In this document: piece by piece, positions 1 to 7,278 of the stretch | Numbering within the stretch: position 1 is the stretch's first letter | Layout of the letters: the number at the start of each line of letters is the position of its first letter | Origin: Candidatus Bathyarchaeia archaeon | Lineage (GTDB): Archaea; Thermoproteota; Bathyarchaeia; Bathyarchaeales; Bathycorpusculaceae | Length of the DNA: 16,261 nt | NCBI GenBank assembly: GCA_038883795.1 | Contig: JAVZLK010000036.1 | Location: 1-16,261 of the forward strand | Reading direction: 5' to 3' | Translations under genes and position numbers: made by a program | The notes under the pieces: generated by a model | What the model was told of the DNA's origin: nothing | Databases searched by the model: none | The model's input: the letters and a program-made list of their open reading frames with translations, nothing else

Positions 1-1201
1 GCAAAGACACGCCGAGCGCTACAGACGGGACAATTATTGGAATGTCAACTAAAACGTTTAAGACTAATGAAAAGCGTCCAAGACGTTTCCTTGCCACAAT
101 TATGGCCATGGGCAAACCCATGAAAACGTTTAAAACGGTTACGGTTGCCCCAAGAGAATATGACAAAACGAGACTTTGCCAATAATCGTCCCACGGATTA
201 ACACGGGACAAAGCCTCATGAAAGATATTGGTTGAAAGCGCTTCAAAAGCTGGAAGAGCCGCGAAAAGTGAAGGAGCCAAAACAACCGCAAAAAAGACAA
301 AAAGTGTTATACTGTTTCTAGTCAAGGTTGCAGTTGAATAGCTTAACTTCCTTTCCACAGTTGGCCAAGCACTTTTAATTGGCAACTTTAACCGACCGCC
401 AAGAACACGTATCACCGCAAAAATTATACATGAGAAAACTATGAGGATTAGGCTTACGAACACCGTGGCTCCTACATAAGTGTTCTTTGTTTTTTGGATA
501 AATATTGGACCGTTTTCAAAAGCTCCGGCAACCATCATGGTGGCTCCAGTTTCGGAAATAGACCTTGCAAAGGCTAGGATAAAGGCTGCAATTAGTGAAG
601 GCTTTATGATCCCAAGCGTAACGGTTCTCGCCGTTGTGAGTGGTGGTGCGCCTAAGGTTCTTGCGGCTTGCTCATACTCAATCTTATAGTCCAGCAGTGC
701 ACCCACAATCACTCTTACAACAACTGGATAGGAGAACGTGAAATGAAGCAAAGCTACAAGAAAAACGCCCGGTGAGATCAACGGCCCCCAAAAGATCTCC
801 GAGACCATCTTAGGATTATGCCAAAAAAGAAGAAGTGAATAGCCCAGCACTGCAGTCGGTACTATGAATGGAACATCGGCAAGCGTGTCTAGAACGTTTA
901 TCCATTTAGATTTGCTGCGAGCTATAAGCCAAGCCATCGGGATTCCGGCAGCAACATCTAAAGCCGATACGAGCACAGCTACAACAAAAGAATTCTTCAC
1001 GGCATTTAACGCACCAGCCAAAAGTTCTGCATTGCCAAAAATTTCTTCCATAGCCCCCCACTTAATTATTATGCCCAAAATAGGCGGAACCAAAATCAAA
1101 GCAAAAAACAACACAACAGCCGTTAAATACACTCCATATTTAGCCATCGTTTTTGCGGAAAGCCTATCCAACTTATCCAAGATCTTTCTCGGCAAACTCA
1201 C
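1..1201 (-). CDS. ABC transporter permease with two transmembrane domains (Fe3+/thiamine/oxyanion class, FbpB/ThiP-like); runs off the left edge
   Basis: Manual translation of the minus strand from GTG at 1201 (in-frame TAA at 1219-1217 upstream; alternative starts TTG 1195 and ATG 1147) is open to the window edge. It shows hydrophobic helices, DVPFIVPTAVLG, the EAA loop EYEQAARTLGAPPLTTARTVTL and FARSISETGA, then a second repeat (MGLPMAIIVAR...DIPIIVPSVALG). Absent from the ORF track, presumably because it has no stop in the window. Confidence 0.9.
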   Translation of the reverse strand, partial: MSLPRKILDKLDRLSAKTMAKYGVYLTAVVLFFALILVPPILGIIIKWGAMEEIFGNAELLAGALNAVKNSFVVAVLVSALDVAAGIPMAWLIARSKSKWINVLDTLADVPFIVPTAVLGYSLLLFWHNPKMVSEIFWGPLISPGVFLVALLHFTFSYPVVVRVIVGALLDYKIEYEQAARTLGAPPLTTARTVTLGIIKPSLIAAFILAFARSISETGATMMVAGAFENGPIFIQKTKNTYVGATVFVSLILIVFSCIIFAVIRVLGGRLKLPIKSAWPTVERKLSYSTATLTRNSITLFVFFAVVLAPSLFAALPAFEALSTNIFHEALSRVNPWDDYWQSLVLSYSLGATVTVLNVFMGLPMAIIVARKRLGRFSLVLNVLVDIPIIVPSVALGVSL

Positions 1202-1249
1202 CAGCCTTAAACCAAATTAAACAGTCAACCGTATTTCTTTTCCAATTCG

Positions 1250-1394
1250 CCAGAATCCGTTGATAAACCTTCCGTATAAAAACAATTAATTACCTTGGTC
1301 TTTAGGGTAAGTTAAAAATGTCAAGGTCGTTGCTATAATCTTAATGAAACATGTAACACCAGAATTGTTGGGCTAAACCATCCGTTGTAAAAAC
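1250..1394. repeat. Degenerate direct repeat of about 35 bp (1250-1283 and 1359-1394)
   Basis: ccagaatccgttga--taaaccttccgta-taaaaac versus ccagaatt-gttgggctaaaccatccgttgtaaaaac: 29 of 37 columns identical by hand alignment. Confidence 0.6.
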
Positions 1395-1404
1395 TACGTT
1401 TGAT

Positions 1405-1422
1405 TAGTTAAGAAATTAACTA
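1405..1422. promoter_or_regulatory. Perfect inverted repeat TAGTTAA-GAAA-TTAACTA (possible operator or hairpin)
   Basis: 7-bp arms with a 4-nt spacer in the intergenic region upstream of the permease; function unknown. Confidence 0.35.
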
Positions 1423-1570
1423 CGTACAAAACAGTCTATGAAGAATGCCCTTGACCTACGTCACCTGATCTTCAGAAAAACTTAAAATAAAACACCAATA
1501 GTGAGTAAAGAAAAAACAATGAATGTTTCAAGTCAAGAGTTTTTGAGTGCTGGTGAATCATATGTTTTTC

Positions 1571-2326
1571 TTAAGTAGTTCGATCGAATTTCTTAAGTAT
1601 CTCTTCGAATATTTTTGAGTGAGTTTCCTTTCCTTCGTATGATGGAAGGAACCATGTCATTTCCTGCAAGTTTCTGGCGATAACCGGTATCCAATCGTGG
1701 GGAATAGATATTATAATGTAACCTTCTGGAGGTTCTTTCAACACCTTGGAACCGAAAGTCATTCCACTTACTATATAGTTGACTTTTCCGCTAATGTATG
1801 GATAGGCAAAAAGCCAAGCACATCCCAAAACAAACGAGTGTTTAGAAACCCACGGCTCCCCTGTTGAGTAGCTCATAGCTCTCAAGATTAATTCTGCTTG
1901 ACTAATGTTAGCGGTAACCATCAATAGGTCAGGGTTAAATGTTAACTTATCAATTGGGGAAAATACTACGTAATTAACAGTACCAGGCTTTAAAAATGGA
2001 ACGTAGAAATAAAGTCTTGCATTAGCCCGCGGGTCTTGAAAAATCTTTAATTCAGGTCCTATTAGACCGCTTTCAGCGAAGGGTGGAAAACTCTCCATTC
2101 CTAGAACTTTTTTACCATAGCAATCCTCATTTTCCTTCCCTATGTAAAACGGCTGACCTGTTTTTTGCGCTTCACCTAGACACTCGCAGAGTTTTAATTC
2201 TTTGCTTAGCTGTTTGAAACCTTCCGGCTTCAAATACGAAAATTTTACACCAACCGGCTTTCTCTCTAAGTTAAGTTTATCAAACATCTCTAAGTAAGAC
2301 ATGTTATATTTTTGTTTATTTTTCAT
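1571..2326 (-). CDS. DUF169 family protein (Cys-containing, function unknown)
   Basis: 251 aa. N-terminal L.L.RKPVGVKF, Cys pattern LCEC...DCYG...LG...LGCAW and the F.PDL...segment fit the DUF169/COG2043 layout as I recall it. SD-like GAGGG precedes the ATG. Confidence 0.75.
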   Translation of the reverse strand: MKNKQKYNMSYLEMFDKLNLERKPVGVKFSYLKPEGFKQLSKELKLCECLGEAQKTGQPFYIGKENEDCYGKKVLGMESFPPFAESGLIGPELKIFQDPRANARLYFYVPFLKPGTVNYVVFSPIDKLTFNPDLLMVTANISQAELILRAMSYSTGEPWVSKHSFVLGCAWLFAYPYISGKVNYIVSGMTFGSKVLKEPPEGYIIISIPHDWIPVIARNLQEMTWFLPSYEGKETHSKIFEEILKKFDRTT

Positions 2327-2402
2327 ATTTTTCCCTCAAGGTAGCTGAGATGTATCAAATTCTGTTTATTTAAGTCTTGCGTTTTTTGAGGTAAGAGATA
2401 TT

Positions 2403-2431
2403 AAAAAATACAATAAAAAACAGAAAGAAAA
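2403..2431 (-). terminator. Putative archaeal oligo-T terminator after the SDR gene
   Basis: Minus strand reads ttttctttctgttttttattgtatttttt about 30 nt after the SDR stop. Confidence 0.4.
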
Positions 2432-2458
2432 TTTCAACATTTCTCAACGATTTGAGTT

Positions 2459-3223
2459 TTACTGGGCCGTGAACCCCCCGTCAACAACGATGTTTATTCC
2501 AGTTATGTGTGAAGCGTCGTCGGACAATAAAAACGCGATAACCGACGCTATTTCATCAGCCGTAGCTAACCTATTCAATGGTACTGATTGTCGCAATTTT
2601 TCTGCATGCTCAGGAGTTTCCTTCCAAATTGATTGTAGGAGTGGTGTATTAACGAAGCCGGGAGAAATAGAGTTTACCCTTATGTTGTACTTGGCGTAAT
2701 CCACTGCAAATAACCTCGTAACGGAAAGCAAGGCTCCTTTGCTGGCAGTATATCCTACACCAGGGAGAGCTACACACGCTGCAACCGACGATAGATTAAC
2801 AATTGAGCCTTTACCGGACTCAATCATGTATGGCAGAGCATATTTAGTGCACAAAAGGACACCCATAAGATTCACACGTAAAATTTTTTCCCACACTTCC
2901 GGCTTACCTTCATGAACTAACCTCGTGTCATTTGCGGGGTCAATGATTCCTGCGTTATTAACTAAACCCTGTATTAAACCTAAATCCGATACTATCCGCT
3001 TAAAGACTTCTTTGACGTCCTTTTCTTTACTAACATCCATGTGGTAATATTTAGCTACAAGATTTTTTCCGCGCAGGTCTTTAACAACTTCTCCCCCAAG
3101 TCCATCTTGCACATCGCAAACAGCTACTTTTGCCCCTTCGCTGGCACATCTAATAGCGGTTGCCTTTCCAATACCACTGGCACCTCCGGTGACAACAACA
3201 ACCATTCCCTCCAATCTTTTCAT
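2459..3223 (-). CDS. Classical SDR oxidoreductase, probably NAD(H)-dependent (secondary alcohol/ketone dehydrogenase-like)
   Basis: TGGASGIG, acidic residue after beta2 (VCDVQD), NNAG, catalytic S and YTASK, IRVNSISPG and C-terminal VDGGFTAQ. AGGAGG SD upstream of the ATG. Confidence 0.93.
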   Translation of the reverse strand: MKRLEGMVVVVTGGASGIGKATAIRCASEGAKVAVCDVQDGLGGEVVKDLRGKNLVAKYYHMDVSKEKDVKEVFKRIVSDLGLIQGLVNNAGIIDPANDTRLVHEGKPEVWEKILRVNLMGVLLCTKYALPYMIESGKGSIVNLSSVAACVALPGVGYTASKGALLSVTRLFAVDYAKYNIRVNSISPGFVNTPLLQSIWKETPEHAEKLRQSVPLNRLATADEIASVIAFLLSDDASHITGINIVVDGGFTAQ

Positions 3224-3460
3224 TTTGTCTTCCTCCTAAAAGTTCTAACATTCTGTATTTCAACTTATTAATTTAATGTTCGTATATAGCTTTTGCTATT
3301 AGCTTCTTAAGTCGTTTGAGTTACTTAGCAGAGATGTTAACTTAGCCATAATCAAGTCTTCGTTTCATACACAATTTTTAAAAGTGTTATAAGATTTTAT
3401 AATCATGGTGTTATGATGTTATATTAAAAAATAAAATGAAATGAGAAGAGTTGATTTAAG
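3224..3460. promoter_or_regulatory. Divergent promoter region between the SDR and the CoA-transferase operon
   Basis: AT-rich. TATA-like TTTTATAA (3395-3402) and TTATATTA (3419-3426) on plus; CAAAAG-CTATATA on minus overlapped by the palindrome ATAGC-TTTT-GCTAT (3286-3299). Confidence 0.5.
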
Positions 3461-4816
3461 ATGGATCCAAAAGAAGAGTACAAGAAAAAATTGAGATCAC
3501 CTGAAGACGTTGCAAAGCTAATAACGCCCGGCATGTGGCTAGGAATGGGTAACCTTTCTGCTATCGGATGGCTTTTCGAAAAAGCTTTAGCTGAAAGGTT
3601 GTCAGAGCTGGAGGATATTAAATTATGGCTTGAGATACCGCTTAAACCACTAAAATGTCTCGAAAAAGACAAAGAGGGGAGGGTCTTTTCAGTATATACA
3701 GGATTTTTAAGCGAATTTTTACGTGGAAGACCAAAAGTCTATTATTGGCCAGGACAGTTGGGACAGTACCCGCATTTGTTTAGAGAGGGCTATCTAAAGG
3801 TTGATGTAGCCATTAAAACCGTAACACCGATGGATAAGAGAGGTTTCTTCAACTTTTCCACAGACATTACTTACAGCAGGGCAATGTTCGAGTCGGCAAA
3901 GATAAAAATTGTTGAGGTGAATGAAAGCTTTCCTTGGGTTCCAGGAGGTTACGATGAATGCATACATGTCTCTGAAGTCGATTATATTATAGAAAACCAT
4001 GAGGACAAAATTTTTGAATTACCGATACGGCCTCCATCAGATATAGAGAATAAGATAGCCGAAAATATTCTTAATATTTTGCCAAAACCGCTTGACGGTC
4101 TGACATTGCAAATTGGCATAGGGGGGCTTCCTGATGCGGTCTGTAGGATGCTGGAGGAAATGGGTGCTAAAGACTTAGGGGTACACTCGGAAATGTTAAG
4201 CGAAGGTATATTCAGGCTCGCAGAAGCAGGTATAATAACTGGTAGGAAGAAAAGTTTCTTGCCTGGGAAGATTGTACATACATTCGCCTTGGGAAGTAGG
4301 AAAATGTATGATTGGTTAGATCATAATCCAATGGTAGCTGGATATCCGTCTGACTTCGTTAATGACATAGTGGTAATAGCCCTAAATCATAAGGTAGTTT
4401 CCATAAATTCAGCTCTAGAAGTTGATTTGACAGGACAAGTCAACGCTGAATCTATTGGGCCTATGGAGTTTTCAGGGGTTGGGGGGCAATCTGCTTGGAC
4501 TTATGCCCCCTCTTATCGTTCTCCGAAAGCTATGCCACCAATAGGCTGGCCTTCAAGTATTTCAATTATTGCATTACCATCAACATATTTTGATAAAAAA
4601 ACTAATCAATTGGCCTCTAGAATAGTTCCTATGTTAAGACTCGGAAGCGCGGTGACAACGCAAAGGACAAACACGATGTATGTGGTCACGGAATACGGTG
4701 CAGCCAAACTAAAAGGCAAAAGCGTTAAAGAAAGAGCCCAAGAACTCATCAAAATAGCGCATCCAGATTTCAGAGAGCAGCTAACTAAGGAAGCAGAAAA
4801 GCTTGGTTTTATCTGA
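3461..4816 (+). CDS. Acetyl-CoA hydrolase/transferase family protein (4-hydroxybutyrate CoA-transferase-like, family I CoA-transferase)
   Basis: TLQIGIGGLPDAV, LGVHSEM (catalytic Glu), SINSALEVDLTGQVNAES, SGVGGQ, YVVTEYG, ERAQELIKIAHPDFREQL. Confidence 0.92.
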   Translation: MDPKEEYKKKLRSPEDVAKLITPGMWLGMGNLSAIGWLFEKALAERLSELEDIKLWLEIPLKPLKCLEKDKEGRVFSVYTGFLSEFLRGRPKVYYWPGQLGQYPHLFREGYLKVDVAIKTVTPMDKRGFFNFSTDITYSRAMFESAKIKIVEVNESFPWVPGGYDECIHVSEVDYIIENHEDKIFELPIRPPSDIENKIAENILNILPKPLDGLTLQIGIGGLPDAVCRMLEEMGAKDLGVHSEMLSEGIFRLAEAGIITGRKKSFLPGKIVHTFALGSRKMYDWLDHNPMVAGYPSDFVNDIVVIALNHKVVSINSALEVDLTGQVNAESIGPMEFSGVGGQSAWTYAPSYRSPKAMPPIGWPSSISIIALPSTYFDKKTNQLASRIVPMLRLGSAVTTQRTNTMYVVTEYGAAKLKGKSVKERAQELIKIAHPDFREQLTKEAEKLGFI

Positions 4817-4833
4817 AAGCGGAGGATTTAAAG

Positions 4834-6033
4834 TTGCGCAATGTAGCCGTGGTAGGAGTTGGCCATAGCCAGTTTGGCAGCAGGTTTGATGTGAGAATTG
4901 AAGAATTAGCCTTCGAAGCTGTGAAAGAGGCTATGGAAGACGCTAACATTGAGGCTAAGGATATAGAGTTCTTAGTACTTGGGTGTGCTGGTGTTTGGAG
5001 TGCCGAAGATTCTCCAGCTTTTATTTGCTCAGATTATTGCGGGATTCTCCCCAAAGGCAGTATGCGGGTTGAAGCTATGTGTGCTACTGGAAGTGCCGCA
5101 ACGTTTGTTGGATATAATGCTGTTGCCAGCGGATTTGCAGATTTAGTGCTAGTTCTTGGAGTTGAAAAGATGCATGAACTGCCCAGTTTACTTCAAGTAG
5201 AGCGAATGGGTAGAGGAGGAAGCTTCCTTTGGGAATTTGAAAACTTTGGATTAACTTTTCCAGGGTACTATGCGTTGCATGCAACTCGTTACATGTCACA
5301 ATACGGTTTGAAAGAAGAGGACCTGGCTGAAGTCGCAGTAAAAAATCATTACTATGGCGCAATGAATCCCAAGGCGCAGTTTAGGAAAACCATAACGGTT
5401 GAGATGGTTATGCAGTCAAGATATGTTGCCTGGCCGTTAAAACTTTTTGACTGTTGTCCATTAACAGACGGTTCATGCGCATTGTTGCTGGCAAGTGAAG
5501 ACATCGCCAAGAAACTGACTGATACTCCAATATGGATAAGCTCTATTGGCGTTTCGACGGGAGAAAGTACATTGAGCGCACGACCAGATTACTGTGGTTT
5601 TGGCAGTGCTGTAGAAGCTGCAAAGCAAGTTTACAAAATGGCTGGCATAGATTCTGATAAGCCTTTCAAGCACTTGGACGTTGTGAATGTGCATGATTGT
5701 TTCACGATAGCCGAAATCATGGCTTACGAGGATTTGGGATTCTGCAAAAGAGGGGAGGGTGTAAAACTCGTGAGGGAAAAACAGACATATAATGGCGGTA
5801 TTATCCCAGTTAACATGGATGGAGGTTTAAAGGCCAAAGGTCATCCTATAGGCGCCACTGGTTGCTCAATGATTTACACGTTAACAAAACAACTTAGACA
5901 AGAATATGGTAAATATGCAAATCCCTCTGCACAAGTTACTATCAGAAATGGTAGGGCGCTAGCCCATAATATCGGGGGAGCTGGCCATTATGCGTATGTA
6001 ACGTTGCTTTCACTCGAAAAACCAAGTAGATGA
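4834..6033 (+). CDS. Thiolase of the archaeal/SCP2 type (acetyl-CoA C-acyltransferase)
   Basis: TTG start after GGAGG. Nucleophile motif RVEAMCATG (Cys83), GVEKM, HDCFT, GHPIGATG, HNIGG. Confidence 0.92.
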   Translation: MRNVAVVGVGHSQFGSRFDVRIEELAFEAVKEAMEDANIEAKDIEFLVLGCAGVWSAEDSPAFICSDYCGILPKGSMRVEAMCATGSAATFVGYNAVASGFADLVLVLGVEKMHELPSLLQVERMGRGGSFLWEFENFGLTFPGYYALHATRYMSQYGLKEEDLAEVAVKNHYYGAMNPKAQFRKTITVEMVMQSRYVAWPLKLFDCCPLTDGSCALLLASEDIAKKLTDTPIWISSIGVSTGESTLSARPDYCGFGSAVEAAKQVYKMAGIDSDKPFKHLDVVNVHDCFTIAEIMAYEDLGFCKRGEGVKLVREKQTYNGGIIPVNMDGGLKAKGHPIGATGCSMIYTLTKQLRQEYGKYANPSAQVTIRNGRALAHNIGGAGHYAYVTLLSLEKPSR

Positions 6034-6046
6034 GGAAGGTGGTAAA

Positions 6047-6556
6047 TTGTCCGAGTTGTTTGAAAAAGCTAAAGAGAATATAAAAACGAAAGGTTTACCA
6101 ATAGTCGAAGATGAAAGAACCTTAATGCCGCTATACATAAGTCTGCGTGTGTTTCCGCTTAGATATCAAATAGGAATAGCAAAAATCCAAAAGTTTTTTG
6201 AAGGACTTAAAAAAGGCAAGGTTTATGCAACTCAATGTAACAAATGTGCTAAAAAATTCTTTCCGCCACGTGCAGTTTGTCCTACATGCCTAAACTCCAA
6301 TGTAAGCTGGGTTGAAGTGAATTGTGAAGGAGAACTTTTAACGTATACCATAATAACTGTCAAGCCTCCATCATTTGCCCATTACAAAGATTACGTGGTA
6401 GGCATAGCCCAACTTAAAGATGGACTAAAGGTCCTAGCATGGGTTAACGTGGATGATCCAAAGAAGTTAAAGCCTGGGACACAAGTACGTCTAACTACAA
6501 CAAAAAGGGATCCTGAAGGATATGTAACATATGAATTAGTTCCGATATCCCTCTAA
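6047..6556 (+). CDS. DUF35 Zn-ribbon/OB-fold protein (thiolase partner subunit)
   Basis: FFEGLKKGKV..TQCNKC...FFPPRAVCPTC Zn ribbon followed by an OB fold (GELLTYT...GTQV). Starts 13 nt after the thiolase stop, TTG start after GGAAGGTGG. Confidence 0.9.
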   Translation: MSELFEKAKENIKTKGLPIVEDERTLMPLYISLRVFPLRYQIGIAKIQKFFEGLKKGKVYATQCNKCAKKFFPPRAVCPTCLNSNVSWVEVNCEGELLTYTIITVKPPSFAHYKDYVVGIAQLKDGLKVLAWVNVDDPKKLKPGTQVRLTTTKRDPEGYVTYELVPISL

Positions 6557-6570
6557 CTTTTAAGTATGTG

Positions 6571-6599
6571 AAAACTTAAATTTTATTTGTTCATAAAAT
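6571..6599 (+). promoter_or_regulatory. Possible internal promoter (AAAAC-TTAAATTT) with inverted repeat ATTTTAT-N6-ATAAAAT before the C_GCAxxG_C_C gene
   Basis: The TATA-like box ends about 22 nt before ATG 6606 and there is no SD, consistent with a leaderless transcript. The region is AT-rich, so this is weak. Confidence 0.35.
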
Positions 6600-6605
6600 A
6601 ATTGT

Positions 6606-7160
6606 ATGGCCAGATCTGAAGAATTTAAAATTTTAAACAAGGCTTACGAACTTGGCTTTAAATATGAGAAGTTCAACAAGAATTGTGCTCAATGTACTTT
6701 TGCCGCTGTTTTAGACGCCTTAAACGTTGATTATGACGAAAAAACGTTTAAAGCTACCACTGGACTCGGTGGAGGCGGCGGGTTGACTGGAAGCGGGTCT
6801 TGTGGGGGTTTTTCGGGCGGTGCTATGGCGATAGGTTATATGCTTGGAAGGGGGCTGGAAGGCTTTAGGAACCTTAAGGCAAAACCCGATGAATGCTTAC
6901 GTGCTTTGGTCTTAGTAAAAAAGCTGCATGACAAATTTATTGAGAGCTATGGAAGCATACTGTGTTGTGACGTGCAGAAAAAAATGTTTGGAAGAACCTT
7001 TCAAATGATTAAGCGGGAAGGAGATAAGATAATAATGACGATGGATGAATTTGAAAATGCTGGTGCACATGCAGATAAGGGGTGTCCCGTGGTAGTTGGG
7101 ATGGCTGCAAGGTGGACTGTGGAGATTTTATTACGTGAGATAACTAAAAATGAACTTTAG
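6606..7160 (+). CDS. C_GCAxxG_C_C family putative redox-active protein
   Basis: NCAQC, Gly-rich GLGGGGGLTGSGSCGGFSGGAMAIG, F.ESYGSILCCDVQ and C-terminal KGCPVVVG.AA match the family Cys pattern. Confidence 0.85.
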   Translation: MARSEEFKILNKAYELGFKYEKFNKNCAQCTFAAVLDALNVDYDEKTFKATTGLGGGGGLTGSGSCGGFSGGAMAIGYMLGRGLEGFRNLKAKPDECLRALVLVKKLHDKFIESYGSILCCDVQKKMFGRTFQMIKREGDKIIMTMDEFENAGAHADKGCPVVVGMAARWTVEILLREITKNEL

Positions 7161-7278
7161 ATGTTTTCCCAAGAAAGGTTTAGACAAAATTATCATTTGT
7201 AATGAAAGTGTAGGCAAAGCTTAAAAGTTGAAGGAAATATTTTTCTTAAATATATTCTGTATTTACGAGGTTGAAGGC

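Noticed and set aside
480-1220. Plus-strand ORFs 480-689 and 864-1220
   Set aside because: Antisense shadows of the minus-strand ABC permease, with no recognisable motifs.
1250-1394. Possible CRISPR remnant (two ~35-bp repeats)
   Set aside because: Only two degenerate copies with indels, a 75-bp gap and no cas genes; kept as a plain repeat.
1441-1475. TPP-riboswitch-like fragments (ACCTGATC on plus; GATCAGG...CGTAGG on minus) upstream of a ThiP/FbpB-like permease
   Set aside because: No CTGAGA element in position and no P4/P5 stems on the sense strand; likely coincidence. An Infernal scan would settle it.
2469-5694. Short ORFs 2469-2699, 3041-3271, 3424-3672, 3794-4000, 5084-5362 and 5473-5694
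   Set aside because: All overlap well-supported genes on the opposite strand and show no family motifs.
4834-6556. Mevalonate-pathway or PhlABC-type biosynthetic locus
   Set aside because: No HMG-CoA synthase/PhlA-like gene in the window, and the neighbours are catabolic.
6762-6822. G-rich run suggesting a repeat or G-quadruplex
   Set aside because: Explained by the Gly-rich motif of the C_GCAxxG_C_C protein.
7228-7278. N-terminal extension of acxA from TTG 7228
   Set aside because: Overlaps TATA-like sequence; ATG 7279 has an SD and gives an N-terminus consistent with homologues.
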